Shown here piece by piece: positions 35,281 to 48,620 of a DNA stretch of 62,000 nucleotides. The stretch's first letter is position 1. Every line of letters starts with the position of its first letter. The notes under the pieces were generated by a model. That model did no database searches. It was given only the letters and a program-made list of their open reading frames with translations, and was not told where the DNA came from. The DNA is taken from positions 186,001 to 248,000 of the forward strand of contig CM119373.1 in NCBI GenBank assembly GCA_051294905.1, given 5' to 3'. The translations under genes and the position numbers were made by a program. The DNA is from Botryllus schlosseri (taxonomy: Eukaryota).

Positions 35281-37699
35281 CTCTAGTCGTAAATAGCACA
35301 GATTAAAACGGTCTGTCGGCAACATTGAACCTTCACTCTAGTCACCAAACTCACCGTTAGTAACTGGGTGGTGACTTTGACACCATAATCCAAGATGAAA
35401 AAGTGCGCATTACCTAGTTTTGAGCAGAAATCAATCTAAAGCTAGATTTTCAGAGGCGTAAACGCAAAGGCGAATGCACATTGGCCTATATATACAACAT
35501 ATTATAACTACACAATACATATATCTGTTATCGCACAACTACATAACATCTGTCTCAATAGATCGCAGACTGGCAAAGTGATTTGGCGTCATTCGAACTA
35601 TGACACGTGTCTTTAAAAGTATATCAGTTGTGGTAAGTCAAACATTTCATGAGTAGGTTCAGTACGTCGGTTTCACAGCCCGTTTTATGCCGTGAACGAA
35701 AATTGCATAAGTATATATTAAACGTTTTAATCCAAATGGTGCTTGACAAACTCGAATCAGGACAAAAGAAGTACGAGGGTACTGAGCACATGAGAACATG
35801 GAAAGGCCTGCACGAAGCCATGACATGACACTACTTTGAAGTTTAAACTAAACCATAAATTAAACCTTCCATGACATGCCGCCCCATGTCTTGCTACTTG
35901 CCTTTTTTATACTATCTTCTTTACTTTTCATTCAGTGTGCATGCCTCCTCTTAACATTGCCTAGGCCAAGGTGGGTGTCTGATTCAATAGACTACATCAA
36001 TTCGCTTCGACACCTTCCTATCTTATCTTTGTATCGCATTTTTGTGGTGTATTGAACTGATAAAATTGCTAATAAACCAATGATGATGATGATGAATCAG
36101 TCACGACTCTCTCCTCCGCGAACTATCCGAAAGAGAAGCACCGATTTATTGGCTCTAAATTGAAACACTCACATCAGGAAATGCTGGTTACTGCTGGTTA
36201 CTGGTATACTGATTTCTTATTGCACTCTCGTCGTATTGTTCAAACAAAATCAAGAACATATCACAGTCGCTGATAATTCAGGTGAAATATTCGATTGACA
36301 CCCCACGAACGTGCTGAAGAACAATGGTATTGATTTTGAAATCATTCGACTGATCCGGACCGCGACCCAAATTAAGTTTGTCATCCTTGCTTTATCAACA
36401 TTTCACAACACAAGGCTATATACTTAATTTGCGTTGACTATATATCTATCCCCCGCTCTGCACCACCGAGCAGGGTAATTGTGGCTTTACATAGCGATTT
36501 AATATATCACTACCCGGTAAAGGCACGACTCGATATATGCTCGAATGCACAAATACAAATTCATTGATATTATGAGGTTTGGATTTGCGGCTAAAGTCGT
36601 AACGTCCAGACTTGCACAATCCACTGGAATTTCAAATGCGCAGCAACTAGCACTAGAACCACTCATGTTTCAGTTACAGTTGTTAGAACCACGAATAAAT
36701 ACATGGTTATAGTTTTTATTAGTCTGCTACTATCCCTCAACCGACATTTCTTCGGAAGCCAGTTTATTGTGCCTCAAGATGGGTATGAACGACATCAACA
36801 TCAGTTTGTTAAAAATTTAATTATTTCAAACACCACAAGACTGCGTTACAATGAAAAAATAGGCGGGTTTCGAAACGATTTATTGAAATAGTCTTTGAAA
36901 TCGGACACCCATCTGCATGGACTATTCATGACGGATTTCGATTAGCCTACTTATGAAGCCTACGGCCGCATTCCAGGGCATCGTCGTAATGAACTAACTG
37001 GACAACAAATATCCATGTTAAACTGTCCATGTACATTTCCGGTGCACCCCGGACTAATATACGTTTTAATATCAGCTATACGTACCGAAATCGCGAGTGG
37101 TACTGGTCACGTTATGAGCAGTAGAAATATAGTTAAAGCCCCGCCGTTTGCGAAGCGTAGCGCGAAGAAAATGTCAAGGTTGGTTAAAAGCTATCGAGTC
37201 AGTTCGTTAATTAAATGTGCATGTGCCTTTCGTAAAGTAATTGAATTAGGCTACGTGCCGACAGCCGCACCAATTCCCTTCTACGGCCGCAGGTTGGCCA
37301 CCCGTGACTTAGCTAATAAAACCTCAGTTTGATGACTTATGTACCAGTGGGTAGTTTGAATGTATGGTGGCTTTTATGATTCATTGGAGGTTACAATTTG
37401 GTAACCGCAATCTGCATTATACTGCAATTTACAATATATGCTGTTCGAACCTTTATCCTAATCATAAATTCACGGTAACTACAACACTATCGATTCAGTA
37501 GACCACATTTATCTCTCACCCACAATCTATACTGATAAAGAACTGTCCTGCTGTCGTAATATTCAGAACCTTTCAACAGAAATATCAAACAGACTTATAG
37601 ATAGATCTTTAATGAAAAATGTAGCCCTAGGTGGACGTCGAAGGAAATGCCGTAGAATTAATTTTCCTTTCCTGCATATGGTATCGATTCATTTCTCAC

Positions 37700-37822
37700 C
37701 TCCTCCATTTTTGTAACACACGTACGGAAATCTCCATATGTTGCTGAAACCGACCATCAATCCGACCATGTTCAGGACGTAGTCAAACCTTGTCTTTTGA
37801 ATGTGACATAGTTTTCGCCCAT
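37700..37822 (-). CDS. SLC6 first coding exon (TM1)
   Basis: RFDYVLNMVGLMVGFSNIWRFPYVCYKNGGG followed by a GTGAG donor; not in the supplied ORF track. Confidence 0.88.
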
Positions 37823-38992
37823 ATTGATTAGCGTCTGTACTTCTAATGCGTTAGAATAATACTCCTGCAAGCACTGGCGTAGCCAGCGAGGGGCGAAAGG
37901 GGCGATCGCCCCCCCAAAAATTTTTGGAAAATTTTTCGTAAAATCAATAAATATGACATTATTTTAGGGCAGATGAATGCAACCTAAAAAATTTCTTCGC
38001 GCTTCGCGCGATTTAATGTCCATGATCATAACTGTCTTGATTTTATTATCGGTGTCCCGAAAAAAATCTTCCGCAAATACCCACAATTGATTTTAGCTGC
38101 ATTCCTAATTATGAGAATACAACAGTACCAGTAGATACACGAGAGTAACTCAAGGTCGTTGGGATGATTGAGTTTAGGGTTGTCAGTTCAGTATGGGGAT
38201 TGGGGACTGTTAGCTCCGACAATTCCCGTTACGGGACACACGAAGACATATAAAGTAGGTTATTACATGCGACTCCGCAAAGTGCGCTCCCAAAATGATT
38301 GACGGCCATAAAACCGACGCATGTATTCGATATAGATTTTCGGGTACTTAAATGGCTGGCGCCTAATGATCCTGTCCCTGCAATCTGACTTCTCCGACAT
38401 GAATGCGACTGGCACAGGAAAATATCGCCACCCCCCTTTAAAAAGTGCTAATTTGAAATCGCACGAGTCTGATCAAAGGAGTTTTGTAATTTGGTCTGGT
38501 ATATATATCAGCAATTCCAATCTCTAAACTAGCATCAATCTTTACCAGAGGTCACTAAATAACCGTGCTTCAACGAAGTAATTATTAAGAATGGAATCCA
38601 CTTGCTCATATACACGCACCAATATTATTGATCAAATACTTTCATTTATTCAAAAACATGTACGCTCCGCGCGACTAGGTCCGAAATGCACACTGCTTTT
38701 CAACTGGAAGCAACTGTAAACTTCCATAGCGTATGTGTGTGCGTGCGTCTAAGAATCGTCTGAATAAATGGTAGTGATCAAATTGTCCATGGCAGGATGT
38801 ACGGTTCTGCGAGGTGTTCCCACGGGAGAGCTTCCCTAAACTCATAAAAATCCACCCCCCCCCCGCAATAAAAAATGTAATTCTGGCTACGACCTTGTGT
38901 ATGAGCGATCTCTTGAGTGGTGACAAGTCATGAAGTAACAACAATACATGACAGCTGTCCCGCCCAGCGTCCACCCTATACAAACTCTAAAT

Positions 38993-39756
38993 CAGTGGTT
39001 CTCAACCTTTTTGTCGTCGCGGACCCTCTTTGCACCTTCACTTACCCCGGTGGACCCCCAGTTCTTATTTCAAATTTGCCTCTATTATCATGCAACCTTC
39101 ATCTGTCTTGTGCAATTATTATCTGTAGGCTAGTGATAAACAACAGCGAAATGACCTTTCTTGAAAATAACATCGACTTGTTATTATTTTAAAGCGAATT
39201 CTGTAGCTGCATTTCTTGAAATACAGGGCTATGTCTTGAAAATCCACGTCGTCGATTTGATATGAACGAGTGCCGAGAATCCATTTCCACAGAGATAGGT
39301 GGTGGCGAATGTAATAATAACGCATAACGCGTCCGACGACACATTTGGCTATGATGGCAACATACATGGATCAATATATCCTCCAGCCTATAGTCATTTC
39401 TATCTAGCAGCTCATCGTGAAGTTATTCTGGAATAGCGGTCGGTGTATTTCATAGGAGAAAATGGATCTCTGCATACAATTATTTCCAAAACCCCAGCTA
39501 AACAATCCTAAACAGCAATGTGTTCGTATAAGTAGGCTATTGGCAATTCAAATGACTTTGCGCGGTGGAATATTTCATCTCAGACGGCCACTCTCTGTTT
39601 ATGTGAGTCCTGAACTTTCAGCAGTTATGAACCGAAAGTGCTTCATCATCAAACCAAAAATAGTTTATTATTATTAGGTTATCAACCATTTTGCAAATTT
39701 GGAGTTTTCGTGGATCCCTTGAAAAGGTTTTGCGGATCACCGGTTGAGAACCACTG
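38993..39756. mobile_element. hAT MITE (~750-bp family)
   Basis: TIR CAGTGGTTCTCAACC / GGTTGAGAACCACTG; perfect TSD CTCTAAAT. Confidence 0.93.
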
Positions 39757-42059
39757 CTCTAAATAGTCTTGCCGTGTGTTATGAACATAGTTCAAGTGTA
39801 CTAGCCCTGAATGTTCGATGACACCACTTCTATCAGCTTTGCCGGTAAATCTGATAATGAAAACGTATTTGCAAAATGCAAGTAACAATATAATGAACAG
39901 TTTTCATTCTTTAACGAAAAAATTTTCGCGCTTGGCGCGAAAGTATTGACGTCAGAGTTTTCGACAATCACACATCACTTTATATGAGCGGAATATATGC
40001 ATAAAGATCGCCTCAGATGTTGTGTTAATCATCCAATAAGGGCCCAAGACCATCGCTTTAGCCCATTTTTCCTTATCTTTAGGTGGGAGGGGCTCATTTA
40101 CGTCATCGAATTTTTCGCCCCCCCCCCAAATATTTTTTCTGGCTACGCCCTTGCCTGCAAGTAGAGTCAGTTGATGCATCACATATCAAATATCCGATCA
40201 GATACATCAGGGGTTCTCAAACTATCGAATTTTATGTGGTTCCTTTTGATATTGATTTTCCACTTTCAAACAGTGACTCCCATCAATTGTTTTGTTAATT
40301 CCCACTTACGATTTTTTCAAATCTCCATTCATTCCCACAGCCTATGATAATCCCTCTATCCAACGATATCCTATCGTCACCTCTCAAGATTACCGGACCA
40401 CGATCTGACTTGTCGGCCACGCCTATACCTACAACACATGCAGCATTCATTTTTGTCGCTTCCTTTTATGCCATCCGATGTGTATGCCTCTTCTTTAAAT
40501 GCTGTAGGCCAAGGTTGGTGTTGGATTAAACGACTAGTCCAAGTCGTCCGGCACCCTCCCATCTTTCATTATGTCGCAATCTTGCGGTGTATTGATTTGA
40601 TAAAATTATTGATAAAATGATGATGAACCCCTCAAAATACTTTCTCCGATAAAATTTGGTAAGACGTTGTTTAGGACTTTCTTTTAACTTTATATTGATT
40701 ACTTTTCATCAAACTTTATGTCCACTGGACCGGATGTTCACGGTGCGGATTATGAGAAGATATTAGTTCTAGTTCTAGTTGCGAGTTTGATTAGTTCTAG
40801 TTCTAGTTCTTGTTGGGCTTTTCGGAAATCCAGTAGCTTGTACAAGTCTGCTTGGGATTACAATGTCGCTTACCAAGTAGCCTTTATAACAAGCAGATTA
40901 CTCGGATTCTTATAAAACTAGACCTAGATCTACGGTAGTCTACGTAATAACTAATTATTTAGGCAGTATAGAAATAGAAACTCAGTACCGTTAATGTATA
41001 AAAGGCGAGTAACGCCACACGGCAATATAAAAGCAAGATAAACGCTGCATTTGCTAAGCTGGATAGCGTATTGAAAAATGATGTATCATAATCATAAACA
41101 TCCCTTGCGTTGCGAGTAATAAAAACAAACTGACAGCTCGTCACTCCAACAAGCGTTTGTATACGATACCACTTGTAGATCATGTGAGATGCCTGAATGC
41201 ATTTCACATAAAATCGTTCTCGACCATGGTCAACCGATATTTAGCAGGAATACAATACATACGCACTATACAGTTATCTCTTCGCTACAATGATAGTGCC
41301 TGTACTACCATGATTAGCAATATCCTGTATGTGGCAAAGTCCAATTTTATATGATACGATAAGTACATTTTAGTGCTGCCAAATCCGAGTGGCTGCGAAG
41401 TGCGAAGGCCAGATAATTTTGGTGCTCGGTCGGGTTGCTGGTGAAGTTCATTATTACTAGTGGAATATTTCAGCTTAATCCGTGTTCTGCGCGGACAGCC
41501 CCAATTCAAAATTTCATAAATCACGAACACCAAGAAAATCAATGCATTTCGAGAAAGATGAGATGGCGCCCAAATCATCTCTACACGTACTATCAAGCTC
41601 TACGAAGATACAATACGCACAACCGTACACATGTTATCGATTTCTGGAAAATTTTAGAAATGGAATTGAAAATATGCTCAAAGAATTGCAAAGTCACTTA
41701 TCTCTTGTTCCCAAGAATCCATGCCTATATAGAAACTCAGACCTGATTTGCACGATTACTTCACTGAAAAGAAGTTATCCAAAATCGCAACAATACCGTA
41801 AACGTCGCCACGAAGGCCGTAAAAGCGCCCGTGTGCAGCAAAATCGCGTAGAGATCATGTCATTACTGAAATTGTGTGCATTCGCCCTTACACACGAGAA
41901 TGCCGCTCTTATGACTCAGTGCTTGTTTAAACAATGGGCGTTCACGTAGCCTACGTGAATGTTCGGCGAGGCATATATACAACAATCGTATGAAAAATAT
42001 TGCCATAGTTATAAATATCGCATGACTCAAACCAAATCATGTGACTCGATACCCAGACG

Positions 42060-44656
42060 CAGCACCGTAACTGCCGCACCCCAAACCCCCCAATTGGGGG
42101 GGGGGCGAGCTCGAAGGGGGCCCAAAATTATTTCGTGAATTAGCATAAATCATAGAGTATTTTTTTTTAAATTTGGGCAATTTTTTCAAATTTTTTTCGC
42201 GCTGGGCGCGAATTCAAGTAGCCATTTGTCTTTATTATTGGGTATTGGGCCATTACCGCGCCACGACCTACCAAGACATACAATCAAGTTTTTGGTCATA
42301 TAACACGCTACTCCAAGAAGTGTGGCAGAACGATCGGCAGCGAGAAAAGCTTGGCCGAAAAGGTCTATGCCTTTATATGCTGACCGAAGACTTCGTTATA
42401 TATACAGAATACCAGAGGTGGTCAAAGTAGTCAAGAAAGCTACTCAAGTAGAAGTAGAAGTAGCGACGAAAAAATCTACTCAAGTACGAGTAGAAGTACT
42501 TCTTTCATAAGCAACCTAAAACTACTTGAAGTAGAAGTAGAATTGACCGACTTTAAAGCTAATCAAGTAAGTAAGTAAGTAGTTAGTTGTTAAAACGATC
42601 GTAATTCGTTCGCATGGATTGTCAAAAGGTACAAATTGAGCTATGCGAAAGGTGCCGAGCTTGATTCATATTGAAGCATACAGGGGGTATTCAATTTTTG
42701 ACAGCATAAGCATTCGTCCACATCATGGGATGAAAATGATAGTATTGATATGGAAATGCGATACTAATCCTTTCTTTACTCGAACAACACGCTTTAGAGA
42801 ATATCATGGTATGGCGCACTCCCCCATATTATAAGGCCCGTGGTTTAGTCGAATAGCAATACGTAGTTGTTGTAAGTTGTAGTAAGTTGTATAGGATACG
42901 GTGTAAACACTTTGCGCGATTAGTAAACGTTAATAAAAAAAATATGGTGGATCGTAAAAATGCCATATTGTGTAGCTTTATTTCCGGACATTCAAGGCAT
43001 TACTATACTTGCTTTTATATTTCAACATGTATGTTATCCAGATAAAAGAACTGATATTAATTAGAACTCAAAGTATATGATACTGGGAATTGAAAGTGAA
43101 ATATATAAATACTACTTCTAAAAGCTGGAAATGTATTTCATGTCTTTAGTCCAGAAAGTTTCGAAGGTGATATGCTAAAACAGATCTAAAACTTTAAAAA
43201 AAGTCAGAGTCCACTTTTCCAAATTAGGACACGCCATGGACTGCTAGATTACGATATGATAAGTAAATGCTAGATTGCGAAACATCAGTTTCAAAAGTTA
43301 TGATGAGCCATATATACTGTGATGAAATATTCCATATGGTCGAAGGGCGAAAATGCGGTGTGAACGGAACCACGCCAACTCGCTAACTAAATTATATTCA
43401 CCGATACTTTCGTGAAATCATACTGGTTACTCCGAATCCACTGAGCGCGAAGCGCGACGAAAATTCTGGGCTTTACTCAACTTTTATGAAAATTGAATGT
43501 TGATCCTCCGTGAAAACAGCCCCGAAATTCCTCAGGCTATCATCCTGATAGGAGGATTAAACTATACTTCTACTTGACAAGCTGAAAATAGCGAAAAGTA
43601 AGTAAGTAGATCACAAAATATTTTGAATTAGAAGTAGAAGTAGCGAAAATCAGATCTACTTGAGTAAGTACCAGAAGTAGAGGAAAACTACTTGAGTACT
43701 TCGAAAAAGTAGAAGTACTTCGTTACTGACCACCTCTGCAGAATACATATAGGCTTAATTGTTCATAGGCGCCTAAATGACTGGCGCCGAATGTTCCTGT
43801 CCTGCAATCTGAACCTCACAAGACAAATACCATCCCGCTGGTAAACATTTTATGCCAGTGAAGAAATATCAATTTGAAATCGTGCATCTCTTAGTTTAGA
43901 AGCTCACGTTTGGGTGATTCTATATTTTTTGTTATAGCAGACTGGAAGTCACGAAATAGCATGTAACGAAGTCATATCAACGGGTCCGCCCGCCGAAGAT
44001 GTTTAATTATTATTTACGGGCCCTCCCGTTTTCAAGACACTTCACTCGGCTCTACAATCTAATTACGTGAGTAGCGAGGACAATAAATTGATAGCATAAT
44101 ATATATGCAATCGCCGATCTGATTGACCGATTTTATCATATAATATCGAAAATTTTCGCGCCTCGCGCTGCCTCACAATAAAGTACAGAAGATTTTGTGA
44201 CAAACGCGAACAACGTGATGGGGGGGGTCGTTTTACACCCTATGGGAGCGCAAGACCCACGTTTTGGGGGCCTGACGAGGTACTGTTTCGTTCCTGCCAA
44301 TCAGTATACGCCCGAAGATATTTAATTGTTATTGAGTCGTCCTATACCTTTCAAACACACCTCACTCAGCTCTACCGGCAAATCTGATTACGTGAGCAGA
44401 GAGAAGATAAAAATAGATTACAATATATATGCAATTCCCGATCATACTGACCGATTCAATCATGAATTCTGCAAATTTTCCGCGCTTCGCGCGCTTAGGC
44501 GACAAAAGGCCATTCACTAAACAAACTCCCAACAATCTGATAAATAGCGGTAAACAGGGTATCGCGGGAGGGGGGTCTGGGGTTCGGCCTATAACCCTAT
44601 GGGGGACCTAAGACCAAAGTTTTGAGGGGGGCTGACAAAGTGCTGTTACGGCCCTG
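42060..44656 (-). mobile_element. ~1.27-kb non-autonomous hAT element (CAGGGCCGTAAC family) with a nested insertion
   Basis: Ends CAGCACCGTAAC / GTTACGGCCCTG; perfect TSD CCCAGACG; reverse-orientation homologue of 46003-47267. Confidence 0.92.
42413..43738. mobile_element. Non-autonomous hAT element (AAGTAG-rich family)
   Basis: TIR CAGAGGTGGTCA / TGACCACCTCTG; perfect TSD CAGAATAC; GTAGAAGTAG subterminal repeats. Confidence 0.92.
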
Positions 44657-45172
44657 CCCAGACGGCCAAGACTGACATTTCATTGTAATTTCGAACAATA
44701 GTAAAGTAACCACGCTTGGGATTTCGTCTATTGGTACTGGTACTTGAAAATGCGACCTGAAACTGCTAAAAGTGAGGAAAATTAGTATATTATAAATGCG
44801 AACTATTCGATATCACCAAGCAGAGTTATAAAAAGGGGATTTAACAAAACTTCAACTCGAAACTGAGCACTGAGAAGTCAACACAATGTCTTGGACTCGG
44901 ACTCGACTCGACCCTCTTCTCGCTGACTTGGACCCATAGTGGACTCGGTGTTGGATTGAAAATTACTCCGTTACCGATTCCAAAATATGGTAACCCTACT
45001 TTATATTCGCTGTCTGATTCAAGATAAATGGCCAATCAATCTGTCTTTCATACAACTAGCAAAATGTAACGACTTTGAACTTGAACTTTGACTTTGAACT
45101 CATACTTCGAAACTTCAATTTGAATTAAATTGTCACTTGAATTGACTCGAGTCACCTTATTAATTGATTGAC

Positions 45173-45677
45173 TAGGGCTGGGCAAAATCGAGTACCTGAG
45201 TGATTCGATTCTGAGTTTCGAGTCGCTTCGAGTCGAGTCGAGTATCACTCATTATGACGTCACAACAGAATGTACCATGTCAATCTTCAAATATGTTACT
45301 TTTATGCCACCACAAAGAACATAATGCCTGTTATCCATCACATTAAAGATACTTTGGTCTTTTTTCAACCATACCGATTTCATTGCACTTGTTGACAATG
45401 CTGTGCGATGACCATGACTTCGGAAATGTGTTATTTCCTGTAGCGTTCGTAGTTTTGTGCTATTCCTGGGATGCTGCGACACGGCCAATCACGGTTTCAA
45501 GGCTTCCTCGGTGGGAAATAGTATCAAAACGATAATACTCGTTAGTAAATTAACTTTCAGTTGCGAGGACCGTATAATGTCAGTACTCGAAATAATCGTA
45601 TTTTACTACTCGACTCGAATCATCAAAATTAATACCAGATTCATATTCGAGTACTCGAATCATTGTGCCCAGCCCTA
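45173..45677. mobile_element. hAT-type MITE
   Basis: TIR TAGGGCTGGGCA / TGCCCAGCCCTA; both flanks end in TTGAC (degenerate TSD). Confidence 0.8.
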
Positions 45678-46002
45678 ATTTTGACTTGACTCGAGTCAAA
45701 ATGTGCAATGACTCGTCATGCGATGGTAGTGACTTGATCCCATCACTGCTGTGAGCTAGCAATGACTGCAAGAACATTACACAGTATAACAACGACACGT
45801 GTTTTATAGTTGTTATACAACTTTCGCGACTAAAACTACTTGATCCAGAAAATCCCGCAACAAACCTGTGATTACCGCATGACAGACTTAAAAAATACCT
45901 TGACCCTGTTCAACTCTTACGATTGCCTTGATACTAACCAAGCGTTGCTTCCAATTTTGACGTTTGTGACTGTTCGTTAGCTAGATTAACTATAATTATG
46001 CC

Positions 46003-47267
46003 CAGGGCCGTAACAGCACTTCGTCAGGCCCCCCCAAACTTTGGTCTTGGGCCCCCCATAGGGTTATAGGCCGAACTTCTGGGGGGCTTCGCCCCCCAGA
46101 CCCCCCTCCGGCGATACACTGTTTACCACTATTTATCATATTCATTGGAAGTTTCTTTGGTGAAGCAGCTTTTGTCGCCTAAGCGCGCGAAGCGCGGAAA
46201 AATTCTAGAATTCATGATTGAATTGCATATATATTGTTATCAATTTTTATCTTCTCTCTGCTCACGTAATCAGATTTGCCGGTAGCGCTGAGTGAGGTGT
46301 GTTGGAAAAGGTTGGACCACTCAATAATAATTAAACATATTCGGGCGTATACCCGTTGGCAGGAACGAAACAGTACCTCGTCAGACCCCCAAAAACGTGG
46401 GTCTTTGGCTCCCATAGGGTGTAAAACGACCCCCCCCCCCCATCACGTTGTTCGCGTTTTTCACGAAATCATCTGTACTGTATTGTGAGGCAGCGCGAGG
46501 CGCGAAAATTTTCAATAATTTATGATAAAATCGGTCAATCAGATCGGCGATTGCATATATATTATGCTATCAATTTATTGTCCTCTCTACCCACGTAATT
46601 AGATTTACCGGTAGAGCTGAGTGAAGTGTCTTGAAAACGGGAGGGCCCGTAAATACTAATTAAACATCTTCGGGCGGGCGGACCCGTTGATATGACTTCG
46701 TTACATGATGTTATTTCGTGACTTCCAGTCTGCTATATCAAAAAATATAGAATCGTAGGCTTCTAAACTAAGAGACGCACACGATTTCAAATTGGTATTT
46801 CTTCACTGGCATAAAATTTTTCCCAGCGGGATGGTATTTGTCTTGTGAGGTTCAGATTGCAAAGACAGGAACATTCGGCGCCGGTCATTTAGGCGCCTAT
46901 TGACAATTAAACCTATATGTATTTTGTATATATAGCGAAGTCTTCGGTCAGCATACGGGCATAGACCTTTTCGGCCAAGGTTTTCTCGCTGCCGATCGTT
47001 CTGGCACACTTCTTGGAGTCGCATGTTATATGGCCTAAATCTTGATTGTATGTCTTGGTGGGTCGTGGCGCGGTAATGGCCCAATACCCAATAATAAAGA
47101 TAATGCCTAATTGGATTCGCGCGCAGCGCGAAAAAATTTTGAAAAAATTGCAAATATTTTCAAAAAATGCTCTATGTTTTATGCTAATTCACGAAATAAT
47201 TTTGGGCCCCCTTCGAGCTCGGGCCCCCCCCAATTGGGGGGTTTGGGGTGCGGCAGTTACGGTGCTG
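46003..47267 (+). mobile_element. ~1.27-kb non-autonomous hAT element (CAGGGCCGTAAC family)
   Basis: Ends CAGGGCCGTAAC / GTTACGGTGCTG; perfect TSD ATTATGCC. Confidence 0.93.
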
Positions 47268-48029
47268 ATTATGCCGAAACAACGCGCTCGTTTCATGCGG
47301 ATCTGATCAAACGAGTTGAGCTCCAATGTCGTGTCAATCTTTTCTATCTGTGAAACCGAAGTCTGCGTTTTCTTCTGTATGACTGTATCATCATTGATGC
47401 TGCTATGTATTTCAGTTGAGTGAAAAGTAAACGACTCTCTCAGGATCATCCTCAATCACACCTTCATTTACCATGCGGCTCATTTTACTTCATCGTAGGA
47501 AAAGACTCAGGGTTGTAACACGTCAGTGGGGTGAAATAGAACAAAAATGCTGTACTGTACAGACATAAAACTAATAGTTGAAGCATATCAAAAATATCAC
47601 TCCATACGTGCGGTTCAACAAAAAGGCTTCGAGCATTCACAAGTCATGAAGCTGCCGTGCTACATAGTTGGCCTGAGCACGTAACGAACGTGCATGAGCG
47701 TAAAAATATCAAAATAATTGGCAAATACACATGTGGCTGTATCTATTTCGGTGATGTGATAGCGTCTTATGGAAAGTGTAAACAGTTGGACGCGTGCGTT
47801 GGAAGAAACGTTGGTCAACCACTCAAGATTTGGTCCTGGAATCAATGTCTTGTGTTTCGTACAAAAATAAGTCATGAAGATTTGTGACGAAGGTAAGAAG
47901 TTGCCAATGACGTGATTTAGAAATGATCATGGATGGGTAAAATTGGATTTTATCACGAAACTTTACCAAGAATTACTTTAAAATGATGACAAAAGCCAAA
48001 AGAGTGGTGACTTTGATCAAATTTTATTT

Positions 48030-48620
48030 CATGGGTGTGACAATTTGATCGAGTAAGGACATAAAATGAGTGTGTACGAAAAGAAATATAAAAAACAATA
48101 GAGGAAACTCTATTTCCTCGCTTTGGACACAGAATGAAACGGATATGAAGACATCTTTTGAGTTGTAATCTTGCTGACTTCCCAGTTTGTACTCATGACC
48201 ATTTGATCGGACAAGGACATAAAATGCCCGTGAATATTAAAAATAATCGGAATATGCATTTCCTCAACTCTGGACACTGGATAAATTGGCAATGAAAACA
48301 CGACATCGGTGATTCAGTCGCAAATACATTCACATTCCATTTCATAATCGTTACAATTTGATCGGGAAACGACATAAAATTATAAAATACAAACACAATA
48401 TTTTATTTCCACTACTTTAGTGACTGAATAAAATGGAAATGACGATATCATCCTGGTTATTCTACCGAAAATCCAGTTTCAGATTGTAAATCTGATGACA
48501 TTCCATTTCATAATCGCCACGAATTGATCGTGTAAGGACATAAAGTGAATAAAAACATCAAAAGCATTCGAAATATTCCATTCTCCCTTCTTCGGACTGA
48601 ATAATTCACCGGATATTCAA
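48030..48620. repeat. Degenerate ~155-165-bp tandem repeat
   Basis: ATTTGATCG...GACATAAA motif at ~48043, ~48201, ~48356 and ~48522. Confidence 0.65.

Larger units (their letters stand above)
17614..37822 (-). pseudogene. SLC6-family Na+/Cl- dependent neurotransmitter/amino-acid transporter, probably pseudogenised
   Basis: GT-AG exons traced: 37822-37700 (VGFSNIWRFPYVCYKNGG), 32598-32468 (GAF..PL..E.ALGQ), 30905-30730 (CNNTWNT..C), 30663-30590 (SSVEEYF), 28183-28051 (WKGIGWTSK), 27984-~27942 (VVYVTATTP, truncated), 23772-23670 (VWKEATAQV), 23596-23503 (NAATSFIAG), 21286-21143 (GPG..YP, GFDS), 21080-20943, 18222-18010 (GGIYV), 17949-17779 (YVYPAWA..LGW), 17712-17614 (stop). Splice phases are consistent apart from 1-nt deficits. 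Confidence 0.9.

Noticed and set aside
37130..37170. Minus-strand FANGGA resembling the SLC6 NGGGAF motif
   Set aside because: It derives from a GCGAAGCG transposon motif; the real TM1 exon is at 37700-37822.
41285..41949. Overlapping 100-155 aa ORFs, possible retroelement fragment
   Set aside because: No recognisable RT or endonuclease motif.
42060..47267. One large element with 1.2-kb TIRs
   Set aside because: Each arm has its own distinct 8-bp TSD and the outer flanks do not match.
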